Assembly: GCF_910592395.1 (NCBI RefSeq)
Contig: NC_088308.1
Span: 1,054,001 to 1,118,000 of the forward strand
Reading direction: 5' to 3'
DNA length: 64,000 bases
Origin: Lineus longissimus
Taxonomy: Eukaryota
The notes under the pieces are model-generated. The model had not been told where the DNA came from, did no database searches, and saw nothing but the letters and a program-made list of their open reading frames with translations. Position numbers and translations under genes: made by a program. Below, one piece after another: positions 53,437 through 64,000 of this stretch; positions within the stretch are counted from its first letter, which is position 1, and every line of letters begins with the position of its first letter.

Positions 53437-56400
53437 TCATGCAGTGCTATCCTCCTCATCATCCTCGATGAAGCTCTCCAGTCGATGACCTTCTCCATTC
53501 TCCCGAAGTTTCTCGGTCATTTCCAATTTCTGTGATGATTTTCGCCTGAAAAATTTAAATAATCATTTTATGAACTTTCCATAGAATTCATCATGAAGCA
53601 CCGGTCAACCCTATTCAAACTTCTGATGTGTTCTCTACGCTGTACAGTATAGCGTAATTTTAACCAACCGAAGCGATTAGAGGAGCATCGACGAAACCTC
53701 TACCGCAGAAACTCATCCGACCGTTGGGTAAGTGCGCCGAAGCTTCTACTCAGGTCCATAGTCGCACCGACGTTTCAGGAAATACTATGAAACTTTAGGA
53801 CTCGGGAAGTTCGGGCCATAGACTTACCTGTACCTCCCCCGGCCCCAGTGAAGTGCCTGTTCGATAGTCTCTGGAAGAGGCTTCCCATGAGTCTCGGGTA
53901 AAAACAGACTGGATATCCCGGCCAGTATCAGGATGGAGCCAAAGACCACTAATGGCAGCACCTTGGAGAATGGCCCTGGGATGAGCGAACCCTGAAACGC
54001 CGAAGGTGTGATATTATGCTGCGTGGTCAAAAAGATACAATTATCTGATTAAGAATCCAGATCCATATCCAGGAAATAACTTTACGCCACTCCATGCGAC
54101 CTGGAACCCATGATCATGGACAGCATGTCCTGAGAGGTGTCCAAGATGGCAACCGTTTTAGCAACAACGACATTAGGCTTGAACGAACTTGCTTGCCAGC
54201 TTTTATGAAGGCAAACAACAGCTCGGAAGAATCTATCACAGACAGATTGGGAGTGTCTGTCTCGCAAACGCTAAGAAGAGATGAAGACGTGAAAGCTGCT
54301 CCTGCCTAAAGTCTCCCAGTTCTTTCCGTTGCGATGTGACGTCATTTTTGTTACAATGGTTTACCAGTAATCCTTTTCCCCCTTCTTCGATGGCAGGGCC
54401 TTGCGATACCAGCACGAACAAAAGTATCGACTCTTTTCCTTGGCCGGGGAAAAGTCTACTTTTTCACGTACACCAGCAACGAATATGAATGATATATTGG
54501 GATGATGCTGATGTACTTACCAGATCTGCCAAGAAAGGAGCCGCGATGGTGACGAGCCTTGCGAACATGGATGAGATACCAATGGAAAGGTTTCTCACGG
54601 ATGTTGGGAACAATTCAGCTGAGTAGAGGTAGGCGGAGCCAAATGCTGCAGAGATGCCGAATTTACCAATTGTAGCTAGTGTTGTTGGCAGCCAGGAGAG
54701 GACACCTCGAAAAGAAGATTGGACGCTAAAGCTACGAGTATGATAGCAAGGAAGTGGAAAGATCATACGCATTTGCTTCATTCATTGCTTAAGGCGTTAG
54801 AGCAGAGCAAGCAAGACCGTACGTTTCTAACATGCTCGGTAGTTTTGTGAGAACATGTCTCTGTCAGCTCTCCTGGCTAGCTCTAGACTCCATGCGAAGA
54901 GGCGATTGTGAAATTCTATTTTATTTTAGCTATAAAAGGTCCGCTTTATCAGCAAATGTCGCGATACTCACTATTGTGCCCATACAAGATGACAAACATG
55001 CTTGCAACACAGGCCAGGCCCGCAACCAGGAGGGCAAGCACATGGGGTGCTTTCCTACCAAACTTCGTCGGGGTGAACATGGTATAGAATGTTGCTGGTA
55101 TATCCATGAATACCCCTACAGTGAAGTTGACGTAGAAATCTCCCACCATGCTGCCAGAATAGAGATGCAGGCCATAATAGCCGGCCGACACTGAGGCCCT
55201 GTAAAAAAGGAAATTACTTCTAAGGATGTGCATGGGCAAGACCATGAGCTGTGAATGGGGTTCCCAACTAACCAAGGTTATAATCAAACCATGGTTGATG
55301 GATGATGCCTAGGCTATGGATGTGGTTTCCGTTAAGCCGTCGGATTATGAATGAGGTTCCAATCCAATCGATCAAACCATGACTTATGAATGAGGTTCCC
55401 ATCAAACCTTAGGTCATAGACAGACACTGACATTGACAGATGGCTGTTTGGTAGCCCAGAATCAAAACGGAACTGATGAGGACGGGTTACCTTACCATGA
55501 GAGGCAAACTATTGCAAGCCTTGCTAACAGTTTCCCCTGCTTCAGCATCTTCATAAATGACTCTCTCTTGACACGGTCCTCGCTGGGTTGAATGGATTTA
55601 AGCATGACATCCGAGAGGGGGCGCCTATTCAACTTTGCCATCTGGCGTAGAATCTTCTCCGCCTCCTCGTTTCTGCCGCGACTTAGCAGCCATCTTGGGG
55701 ACTCCGGTATGAGCCTGAAACGTATCCAAAATACTTCAAACTGCTCTTTAGAACTATAAGGTTGTAAAAGTAAGCCACCTTCACATCATGAGTATGGAAA
55801 CGCCAAAGCCAACTGGACAGAAAGGAAGGCTACGATTAGGCCTATACCACCATGAGAGAAAAAGGAGAATGGGCTTACCACCAATACGGTATTAACAGAA
55901 CACTTGGGGCCACTGTAGCAAGTGTCAGATGTCGCCAATTTCGGTAGAAGAATGCGAGCGGTGTCAGCAACATGCCTCCCACCGCGAAACTGATGGCTGC
56001 CAACAGCGCAGCATACACTCGCTTACTTGGTCCTACCATTTCCGTGACTGAAAAGGAACAATGTTTGAGCCTTTAAAGGGAAATTATATGTAGGAGCTTG
56101 GTGGACCAGATTAGAATGCACCATGCGGCCGATAGGCGTCTCTAGAGTAAACATTGGCGCTAATCTCTGCGGAGTAGGAAGAATAGTTCTATCACCAAGT
56201 CTTTAAGACTTGGTGAAGGCACCAGAGCCATGGGATCACCTGGACTCGACCAATTGGACACCCTAACTCCTGCTTCCTCTATTCCCTCGAGTACAGTATG
56301 TAAAGAGTGAATCATTTTGTGGATGATCCGTTGAATAATTATGAAATAAATACCGGTAGCCTATCGTAAGCCTAACAAGTGACGAGCTCTCTGACTTATC

Positions 56401-58459
56401 ACGTCAGGAAACCAGGCGACTCTGGCAGTTTCATGAGCGCTGCAGTAATTAAATCGGCTGGGCTTGATCGGTCTGGTAGACGTACTCAGAGTGAACGATG
56501 ATCCATACAAGGCCAGGTTGGATCCTCCGAGGACACACCTGAACACCATGAATGTGTAGATGTCGGGAGCGAAGGCAATAACAAGAACAGCTACGGCCTG
56601 TGATGCGATGCTCAAAATCACAGTAATCTTTCTGCCGAACCTGGAAGGAGAGAAAACAATGATAAACGGTATGCTGCAGTTGCGGCAGTCAAGTGATACC
56701 GCAACCGCAGTCAGTCCTTCACGATAGTCCTAGGCCATCTGGCCGTTGTCGGGCTATTTGGACGAGTCCAATTCCAGCCTGTTTGAGCATCTGTGGCACG
56801 AATTAAGGGGAGCGATATTGTACCCAAAGGTTTGTGTTCTCCTCCGGCCTTGTTAGGGTTAGGCTTGCGAACCCACGGCGAAGTCCAGCACCCCAAGCAA
56901 GTGTGTAAGGTCTTTACCGCCTTTAAATGTAGCGGAGGTACCTTGACGCTCGCTGGCCGACCGACCGACCGACCGACCGACCGACCGACCGACCGACTGC
57001 ATGATTACCTGTCAGATACTTTGCCACCAACGATAGCGCCCAACAACATCCCGACAATAAGGGCGGTGCTTCCGAAGGTCCGAAAGATTGCCTTGTCACA
57101 CACCAAATTAAACTGAAAAAATACCATTTTCATGATTATGTAGGCCTACAGCTGACATCTTATATCAGATCCACGGTCAGTACTAGTGAGGAACCTGATT
57201 AAAACTGCTGGACAAAATTATATGTTTAGTGAGGATGTACATGTACGTTGGGGACCTCAAACTGGAATTCTAATGTTCCCCTGCATGTTTTGCCGATGGA
57301 AATTCTCCTCCAAGAAATGATTTAGAGAACTGCTTTGTCAATGACTAACCTCCATGACCGCTGATGGCCGATATAAGTTCTCCTCATACACCCATCTTGA
57401 ACACGCCCTCTCCTTCGCCTCAGTACCATTCACCCCACCATCGTACACTGTGCATTTGGACCCTTGTGGAATTGTTGCGTTGACCAGAGCAGCGTGAGCC
57501 TCATCCTTGACGAGGTAGGTGCCATTTGCTACATCTGGGACGGCGCATCTGTATTCAAAGAAGAAGTCTTATTGTTCTTTACTCTCTGAAAGACTGAATC
57601 ACCCGACTGTTTTCCCGCTTTATCGGCGGTTAGGCCTTGGTAATTAAAAGTTACCCACTTATTACGGTTGCTATCGTTTGGTGATGTCTCCGTTCCCCAC
57701 CAACTCAGACTCCTAAGTAGTCCATTTCGTTATGTGACTGGACGAAGTCGGACCACTGCTTCCGGAGTGTACACCGACTGCGCTGGTGGGTAATTATAAT
57801 TAGTTATAGACTCCTTAATTCTCTGGCTCCAAACTTCATCCGTGTCTATTCTTATCTTTTTTGGCGGCTATTGGTAGTGTTAAACAAATAAAAACGCGTA
57901 CTATAGGCATTTTTAGAGCAGTTTGGTTATCATATCTTAAGAAGCCTTCCGAAAAGCTCTTTTGATTTAATTAATACATGAATCAAAAAGTAATCGGTGA
58001 ACCATCTGATATATGCGACTGTGTTGCCAATGGATTTCTTGTTATCTATATCGCTGGACTGGACCACCCTGGTTCAAAGGGGACTACGCGCAGGCAGGGT
58101 AAATTGGCCATCTTTTGGTGATGTGTTTGTGTTGGATTAGTTCACTCGATCGATGTCGCCATGACCTTGATGGGGGATGCCCTCTGATGATCTTCCAAAG
58201 ATTAGGTCAACTATTCTACACCAAGGAAAGGGAAAGAAATGTGATGGCGTCACAGTCCCTCTATTGTCGCTGGTTTTTGGCTGTGACGTATCACAACACC
58301 CTCCCCTGGAACTCACCTGAAGTCTTCTATGCCAAGAGTGAATACCATACTCAGTGAGGTCATGCCGATGAGGATCCCAGCATAATTAAGCAAACATACC
58401 AAGATGATTTGATATTTCCCAAGCTCGCCCAGCTGGATCAGGATGTCGTCAAAATGCAT
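53437..58459 (-). CDS. SLC22-family organic cation transporter (MFS), gene B, 10 coding exons
   Basis: Exons 58459-58317, 57548-57350, 57112-57009, 56640-56486, 56047-55879, 55714-55496, 55198-54972, 54705-54521, 53991-53828, 53545-53437. Motifs MHFDDILIQLGELGKYQ, CSRWVY, EFNLVCD, SDRFGRK, EMVGPSKR, PESPRWL, AELFPTSVRN, LPETHGKPLPETIE. Minus-strand AATAAA at 53269-53274. Confidence 0.93.
56957..56997. repeat. (CCGA)n microsatellite, about 10 copies
   Basis: Directly visible, just inside an SLC22 gene B intron. Confidence 0.95.
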
Positions 58460-59054
58460 TCTCAAAGGAGTTAGTCAAAATGCGTCCGTCAAAGTGTCCC
58501 AGCAAAACACGTTTCTTTGACTGTTTAAGCGTCTTTTACAGTTTATTAAGGCCCCAATTATATAAAGCTCATGTTTTCACATAAACGATCAAATCATTTC
58601 CAAAGAGCGGGCTACATACGATTCACGATGTCACTTTTGAGCATTACGCAGTGATTTCAAGCAGCTATGGCCTACCACTGTAAATCAAAAGATTTCGTAT
58701 TTTTCTTTCTACGGATTTCGGGACGTGCGAAATCAAAAATCGAAAAAACTGAAAGGTATATCGTAATATGGGTGTCAGGACAAATATCGTGAAATTTTTT
58801 TTTCCACGCACGATATTTTGGTGGTTCACAGTGTTGAGTTGATCCTTGGAAAGTCCCTTGGAATAGAGGCAGTCACATCCTATCACTGTAAAATCGGAAA
58901 ATTAGGCTGTAAAAAGACTTTCAGATCCTATGCTGTCCTATCCTATGTGAATTCGAAAGAGTGTACTTTGAATAGAGACAGGTACCCGCCTTGTAAATCC
59001 GAAAACTTAAGACTTTAGATAGATACAGGCACATTCTATCACTGAAGTCGAAAA

Positions 59055-59115
59055 AGAGACAGTCACATCCCATCAGAGACAGTCACATCCCATCAGAGAC
59101 AGTCACGTCCTATCA
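59055..59115. repeat. 20-bp tandem repeat, 3 copies
   Basis: AGAGACAGTCACATCCCATC three times; a related single copy lies near 58865. Confidence 0.85.
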
Positions 59116-59333
59116 CTCACTGTGGACTTCAAATAGAGACCATAAGTCAATTTTATCTCAGTCAAACTATGAAGGGTTTGCTTTGTTTGATAGAGATGTA
59201 GGGCAGTGTCAACCGGTCAATAGAAATAATGATAACTCAGTGTTTATGACTGATTCTGTCGGATTGTATACTTTGTAGTAAATTAATCTGGCCTTGAGTG
59301 ATAAGGATAAGGAGATGACGAGGCAGGTCGAAC

Positions 59334-60305
59334 GGTGTATTCCTGTTTCGCCTATTCCTGTTCCGCCTATTCCTGTTTCGCCTATTCCTGTTTCGCCTAA
59401 TTCCTGTTTCGCCTAATTCCTGTTTCGCCTAATTCCTGTTTCGCCTATTCCTGTTTCGCCTAATTCCTGTTTAGCCTATTCCTGTTTCGCCTATTCAAAT
59501 GTATTGCTAACCTCCCCACAGACGTAGGAATATGAACCGTCCCTTACTGACCGACCAAACCCGAGGAGAGCTACATATGTACGCATTGACGAACGCATGT
59601 TACGCCTCAAAGAACAATACGTCAATGGAGTGAGGGACATAATGAGTTACGTTGATGCCATCAGTTACCTTGTCGGACATAATATCATGATATGTATTTT
59701 CCACCTTGTTTGACTTTATATGTGCTGTACCTACATGTATATTATGACATGGGTTTAACAGCTGATTTTGATCAAATAATTATGAGAATGTACAATATTA
59801 TGTATTTTTATCAAAAACTCATGAATTCAGTTTTCATAAAATAAACGACTGCTTTACTCTACTTTATCTATTAGTTTTTACTGTGTGTCAGTATGGTCCT
59901 ATGGTCCTATGGTCAAATAAGTCCCGGACTGTCCCCGCTTCCAAGGTGACTCTTTCAAAACGGTCATGGCATGGTTTGTTAACAAAGTTGATGGCATTTG
60001 ATTAGTCAAATTGTCACCACATCGTTAACATCATCCAATTGTCCCCTCACATTTTCCCCATAAAATGGACATGCATCCCTAAGGTTCCCCGTGGGAGAGT
60101 CGATTTATTGTAGGGGTACTGGAAAGTAGGCGAAACAGGAATAGGCGAAACAGGAAATAGGCCAAACAGGAAATAGGCCAAACAGGAAATAGGCGAAAAA
60201 GGAATAGGCGGAACAGGAATAGGCGGAACAGGAATAGGCGAATCAGGAATAGGCGAAACAGGAATTTTGTAGGCGAAACAGGAATAGGCGAAACAGGCAT
60301 AAACC
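59334..60305 (+). mobile_element. Internally deleted Mutator (Phantom-type foldback) transposon
   Basis: Inverted arrays of 17-18-bp TTCCTGTTTCGCCTA(A) units at both ends. Termini GGTGTATTCC / GGCATAAACC. 8-bp TSD GGTCGAAC (59326-59333, 60306-60313). Internal remnant 59552-59713 translates RPNPRRATYVRIDERMLRLKEQYVNGVRDIMSYVDAISYL, resembling animal MULE transposase C-termini (from recall). Confidence 0.8.
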
Positions 60306-61715
60306 GGTCGAACAGATATCTTTAACTTTCTGGGATATTGAGGTTATCTGTGAGAAACAAATAAACACAAACAAAATGGACAACTAGGTGAATATATTTA
60401 TCATAAGTCTTTATCATCAATCTAATCACAGAGAAATATCAATTGACAATCAAGTTGACATAATGAGGATCCTTGGAGCAAACTGGCCTTCCATTCACGA
60501 GACACTCCTCCGTTGGTTCTGAAATGACTCCAATGGTGCATAAAACATGAGAGAGGAGGATGTCTATGAGGCTTTATGATGGTAAACAGTGATTAACTGA
60601 TGATGATTTTGACCATCAAGCCCTTAAAACAAATTGAGAAACATAATGCAAAAAATAACCTAAAAAAGCAGCATCTGATCCCCAGATGGACTGACTATCC
60701 TCACATCAACAAATCAGCCATATTCACTGACCAAGGTTTTTCCACTGATTCTTATACAAAATTACAATTGTTTGGCCATGATTTTCTCACGGCTGGTACT
60801 GAAACAAAGGCCTAAAATTCAAATATCAATGTAAAAACATCAGGTGTAGCTCAATCCAGAACAGAATCCTGTGGTCTGACATCCATGTTCAACCCCCCCC
60901 CCCCCCACACACACACAGACATAAATGCCCATTTCCTTACAAGAAATGGCCATTTTGTTAGTTCATACTTACCTATGGAACACTTTTGCATGTTACTCCA
61001 TTTGGGCTCAAACACAAGAGTATCCCTTTAATTTTCTAAAGGGAGAACTGAGTTAACAGCTCGGCCGCCAGGCGGCGCCCTGACCGATCCCGCGAGATCG
61101 CGCCGATCTCATGCCGCCATATTTAGTCTTTACTCTTGAGCGTTAATAAAGAGTATGTCCCGTTTGTGGGGACGGCGGGAGGGCCGTGTTCCATAGGTAA
61201 GTATGAACTAACAAAATGGCCATTTCTTGTAAGGAAATGGGCATTTTGTGTCATTCAAACTTACCTATGGAACACTTTTGCATCGAATCCCAGCAACCTA
61301 TTGGAGGTGGGAAACGAGGACTTACCTAAGGCTGAGCTGTTGTTCCATCCAGGAGGCACCACCGGCATATTAGCTAAGGAGGACCGCCAGGGGAAAGAAA
61401 TGGGGAGAACCGGGGGACCGGTATTTTGATCTCGGTATTACAATCATATTATAGAGAGTAATAGACCCATTCTCCGGAAAGCGCTAGAATTGCGTAATAA
61501 AACCATCTTCTTTCCGGCAACAGAGCTTAGAGCAAGTAAGGCATGTTGAAGGGTGTAGAATGAATTATTGCTAAACAACAATAAGAAATTGCGTCCTTTC
61601 TAGTCTACTAGGGGTTGCCTGGATGTTGAAGATAGGGCATATCAAAAATGGCGCAAGATGCGCGTTTGACTCTTCAATCGGGCTTCCCCCCCCCCCTTTT
61701 TTGATCTAGCCAGGA

Positions 61716-63971
61716 TCAAACAACATGCCCCGCAGACACAATCGGGCCGATTGTGTGCATGCCATCTACGAGGGAAGAAACGTCTCGTAGGTAGAAACGA
61801 GAGAATGTGGAGTGATTACTCCAACATGCAGCGGAAACGACTTCTTGAAGAGCAACTCCTCGGTAGTTAGCCCAGGAGGTGGCTAGTGCTCTAACTTCGT
61901 GCGCTGAGATGTTAGCTAGCGCACGAAGATCAGAGGAAGTCTTCAAGGTGTTGTAGGAAAGACGAATAGTCTCCACAATCCACCTTGAAATAGTGGCGGC
62001 TGCTATCTCTCGTTTATTTCCCTCCTTATAGGACAAAAACAAACGCTCTCTCCCCTGGCGGATACCGGGAGGTTTTGTCCTATTTATGTAGAACTTTAGG
62101 GCCCTGACGGGACATAAAGTTCTGTCAGGAAGATCATAAGAGATCGTTCCTGAGAGAGAGGGAATAGTAACCGGGGGCCGAGAGGCGGCCGGTCCCTGGT
62201 TCTTCGCCAGAAATCCTGGTATAAAAGCCAGGATAACCTCCCCTCCCTCTCTAAAAGCCAGCTTCTTAAAAGAAAGTGCATGGAGCTCTGATCTCCGTTG
62301 GGCGGTAGCCAAGGCTACTAGAAAGACCGTTTTGAGTGTCAGATATTTCATGGATGAAATAGACATGGGTTCAAAAGGATGCCTCATGAGCACCTTAAGG
62401 ACAACAGAAAGGTCCCATTTAGGGGTGTTGTGAACCGGTCTAGGACGCTCTAATAACATTCCTCTGAAAAGAGGGGTTATTTGGTCCTCCCAACGAAGAT
62501 CCCAGGTGCTTAAAACACGGAGGGTAGAAGCGATGGCGGACTTGTACCCTTTTATAGCCGTGACAGATAGTTGTCTTTCCGTGAATAATTCAATAAGGAA
62601 ATCAACTAATCTGTATATAGAGGGAGAGATCGGATTAACTCCGTTCTCCCTGCACCAGGAAGTGAAGGTAGACCACTTTCCTTGATACACATCAAGGGTA
62701 GACCCCCTTTGAGGTGCGGACATGCGCTTGACAGCGATGTCCGAAAAGCCTCTCTGGTGGAGATGCAACTGGATAAGTTCCAGGCGTGAAACTTGAAAAA
62801 TCCAGGGTTCTGGTGGTAGCATCTCCCCAGGGGGTGCCACAGGAGGTGCTTCCAAGTAGGAAGACTCCTGGGGTGATCTATCAGGAGCTCCAGCAAGGCT
62901 GGGAACCAGGCCTGATTTGGCCAGCAAGGTGCGATGAGAGTTATTCTCACCGGATGGCTGGTCAAGATCTTGTTCAGGACTGGTTGGATGAGAGGGAGGG
63001 GTGGAAACGCATATGCGTTCAGCCCGACCCAAGAGGCTGTAAGGCTGTCGACTTCCAGGGCCTCTTCGTCCGGAAGTGGAGAGTAATAGATGGGAAGGCG
63101 ATTGTTCAGCCTGGTGGCGAACAGATCTACCTTCGGAGATTGCCAAAGGCGACAAAGGTCGTCTACAATCTCCTGATGGAGTGTCCACTCTGTCTGAACT
63201 AGCTTGTTCTGACGGGACAGGGCGTCGGCAAGGATGTTGCGATTGCCCGGTATGTGTCTGGCACATATCGATACTCCAAGGTCGGCACAAAGATGGTAAA
63301 GCTCCCAAGTTAGCTGGCAAAGAATGCCGGACTTTGTGCCTCCCTGTCTCCTGACATATGCTACTACTGTAGAATTGTCGGAGAACAGGGTTACTCTCCG
63401 ATTCTTCAGGCGAAGGGAAAGAGCCCTCACGGCAAGAAGGACAGCCTTCATTTCCAATATATTTATTGGAAGAATGGTCTCCTCCCTTGTCCATAGACCT
63501 CTTATGGACATGTCCCCGTTGTTCAGATGTGCTCCCCACCCTAGTAGGGAAGCATCTGTGAACAGGGACACTTCTGGGGGCGGTGGAGCAAGATCTACAC
63601 CGCTTTGGAGACGAGTCTCCGACTCCCAGAAGTTCCAGACGTTCTTGAGTAGGTATTGAGGTATCAATACCAACTTGTCTAATGGGTCCCTGTGGGGTTT
63701 CCATAGAGACATTAGAAACATCTGGATGGGACGCATATATAGACGGCCAAGGGGGATTTGGTCTGCTGCCGAATTCAGAAGTCCCAAAAGGCTCAAGCAT
63801 CGCCTTGCGGGAGCTTGAGTCCTTCCTCTGAATTCTGCGACGAGATGAAGAATTTTCTTTATCCTGTCTAGGGGGGGCAGCATTTTCCCTATGGCCGTAA
63901 GGAACCGAACTCCAACGTAAACGAAGTCTTGGGATGGTATGAATTCTGACTTTGTTTCGTTGATAATCCAA
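61716..63971 (-). CDS. DIRS tyrosine recombinase ORF with a long overlapping N-terminal extension
   Basis: N-terminal RGSTLDVYQGKWSTFTSWC; catalytic motifs LATAQRRSELHAL, LCPVRAL, HEVRALATSWA (HxxR) and CWSNHSTFSRFY. True start codon unknown. Confidence 0.9.
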   Translation of the reverse strand: MDYQRNKVRIHTIPRLRLRWSSVPYGHRENAAPPRQDKENSSSRRRIQRKDSSSRKAMLEPFGTSEFGSRPNPPWPSIYASHPDVSNVSMETPQGPIRQVGIDTSIPTQERLELLGVGDSSPKRCRSCSTAPRSVPVHRCFPTRVGSTSEQRGHVHKRSMDKGGDHSSNKYIGNEGCPSCREGSFPSPEESESNPVLRQFYSSSICQETGRHKVRHSLPANLGALPSLCRPWSIDMCQTHTGQSQHPCRRPVPSEQASSDRVDTPSGDCRRPLSPLAISEGRSVRHQAEQSPSHLLLSTSGRRGPGSRQPYSLLGRAERICVSTPPSHPTSPEQDLDQPSGENNSHRTLLAKSGLVPSLAGAPDRSPQESSYLEAPPVAPPGEMLPPEPWIFQVSRLELIQLHLHQRGFSDIAVKRMSAPQRGSTLDVYQGKWSTFTSWCRENGVNPISPSIYRLVDFLIELFTERQLSVTAIKGYKSAIASTLRVLSTWDLRWEDQITPLFRGMLLERPRPVHNTPKWDLSVVLKVLMRHPFEPMSISSMKYLTLKTVFLVALATAQRRSELHALSFKKLAFREGGEVILAFIPGFLAKNQGPAASRPPVTIPSLSGTISYDLPDRTLCPVRALKFYINRTKPPGIRQGRERLFLSYKEGNKREIAAATISRWIVETIRLSYNTLKTSSDLRALANISAHEVRALATSWANYRGVALQEVVSAACWSNHSTFSRFYLRDVSSLVDGMHTIGPIVSAGHVV

Positions 63972-64000
63972 CCTGCGGAAACTACTTTTTGCTTTAGAAC
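62606..64000 (-). CDS. DIRS pol ORF (RT C-terminus, RNase H, DAM-like methyltransferase), 5'-truncated by the window
   Basis: Frame is open from the window edge: GWIINETKSEFIPSQDFVYVG (RT); LFTDASLLGWG, INILEMKAV, SDNSTVVAY, HIPGNRNILADALSR (RNase H); VDLFATRLN, YAFPP, APCWPNQAWF (methyltransferase-like). Confidence 0.92.
   Translation of the reverse strand, partial: VLKQKVVSAGWIINETKSEFIPSQDFVYVGVRFLTAIGKMLPPLDRIKKILHLVAEFRGRTQAPARRCLSLLGLLNSAADQIPLGRLYMRPIQMFLMSLWKPHRDPLDKLVLIPQYLLKNVWNFWESETRLQSGVDLAPPPPEVSLFTDASLLGWGAHLNNGDMSIRGLWTREETILPINILEMKAVLLAVRALSLRLKNRRVTLFSDNSTVVAYVRRQGGTKSGILCQLTWELYHLCADLGVSICARHIPGNRNILADALSRQNKLVQTEWTLHQEIVDDLCRLWQSPKVDLFATRLNNRLPIYYSPLPDEEALEVDSLTASWVGLNAYAFPPLPLIQPVLNKILTSHPVRITLIAPCWPNQAWFPALLELLIDHPRSLPTWKHLLWHPLGRCYHQNPGFFKFHAWNLSSCISTREAFRTSLSSACPHLKGGLPLMCIKESGLPSLPGAGRTELIRSLPLYTD

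Larger units (their letters stand above)
60923..64000 (-). mobile_element. DIRS1-type tyrosine-recombinase retrotransposon, 3' part (continues beyond the window)
   Basis: RT end, RNase H, methyltransferase-like and YR domains in overlapping frames. The internal complementary region 61186-61246 is a perfect 61-bp reverse complement of the terminus 60923-60983. The element ends ...GGCATTT in its own sense. Confidence 0.95.

Noticed and set aside
55472..55500. CTGATGAG hammerhead-core-like motif (other CTGANGA sites also checked by eye)
   Set aside because: No pairing stem II followed by GAAA was found.
62786..63659. Plus-strand ORFs inside the DIRS element
   Set aside because: Antisense shadows of the doubly coding minus strand.

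Overview
Eukaryotic, intron-rich animal DNA, most likely a marine invertebrate bilaterian (inference from gene content, transposon types and frequent TAGGCCTA/TACATGTA motifs). Nine spliced genes were reconstructed by hand from splice sites and frame continuity: NOL12 (-), KAT8/MOF (+), METTL26 (+), GPANK1 (-), a 10-sushi/CCP single-pass membrane protein (+), EVG1/C22orf23 (-), DAGLB (+) and two tandem SLC22-family transporters (-). Six of them form three head-to-head pairs. The window ends inside an apparently intact DIRS1-type tyrosine-recombinase retrotransposon. It also holds several Mutator-, Tc1/mariner- and Sola-like non-autonomous elements and four minisatellites. Main leads: a duplicated, frame-incompatible first coding exon in METTL26; a DAGLB intronic minisatellite carrying 26 UGCAUG (Rbfox) motifs next to candidate microexons; the 10-CCP receptor with a near-identical duplicated exon and a probable GC-AG intron; and a MULE inserted between the two CCAAT boxes of the EVG1/DAGLB promoter. 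Gene names come from recalled family motifs, not database searches. Splicing and regulatory ideas are untested hypotheses.
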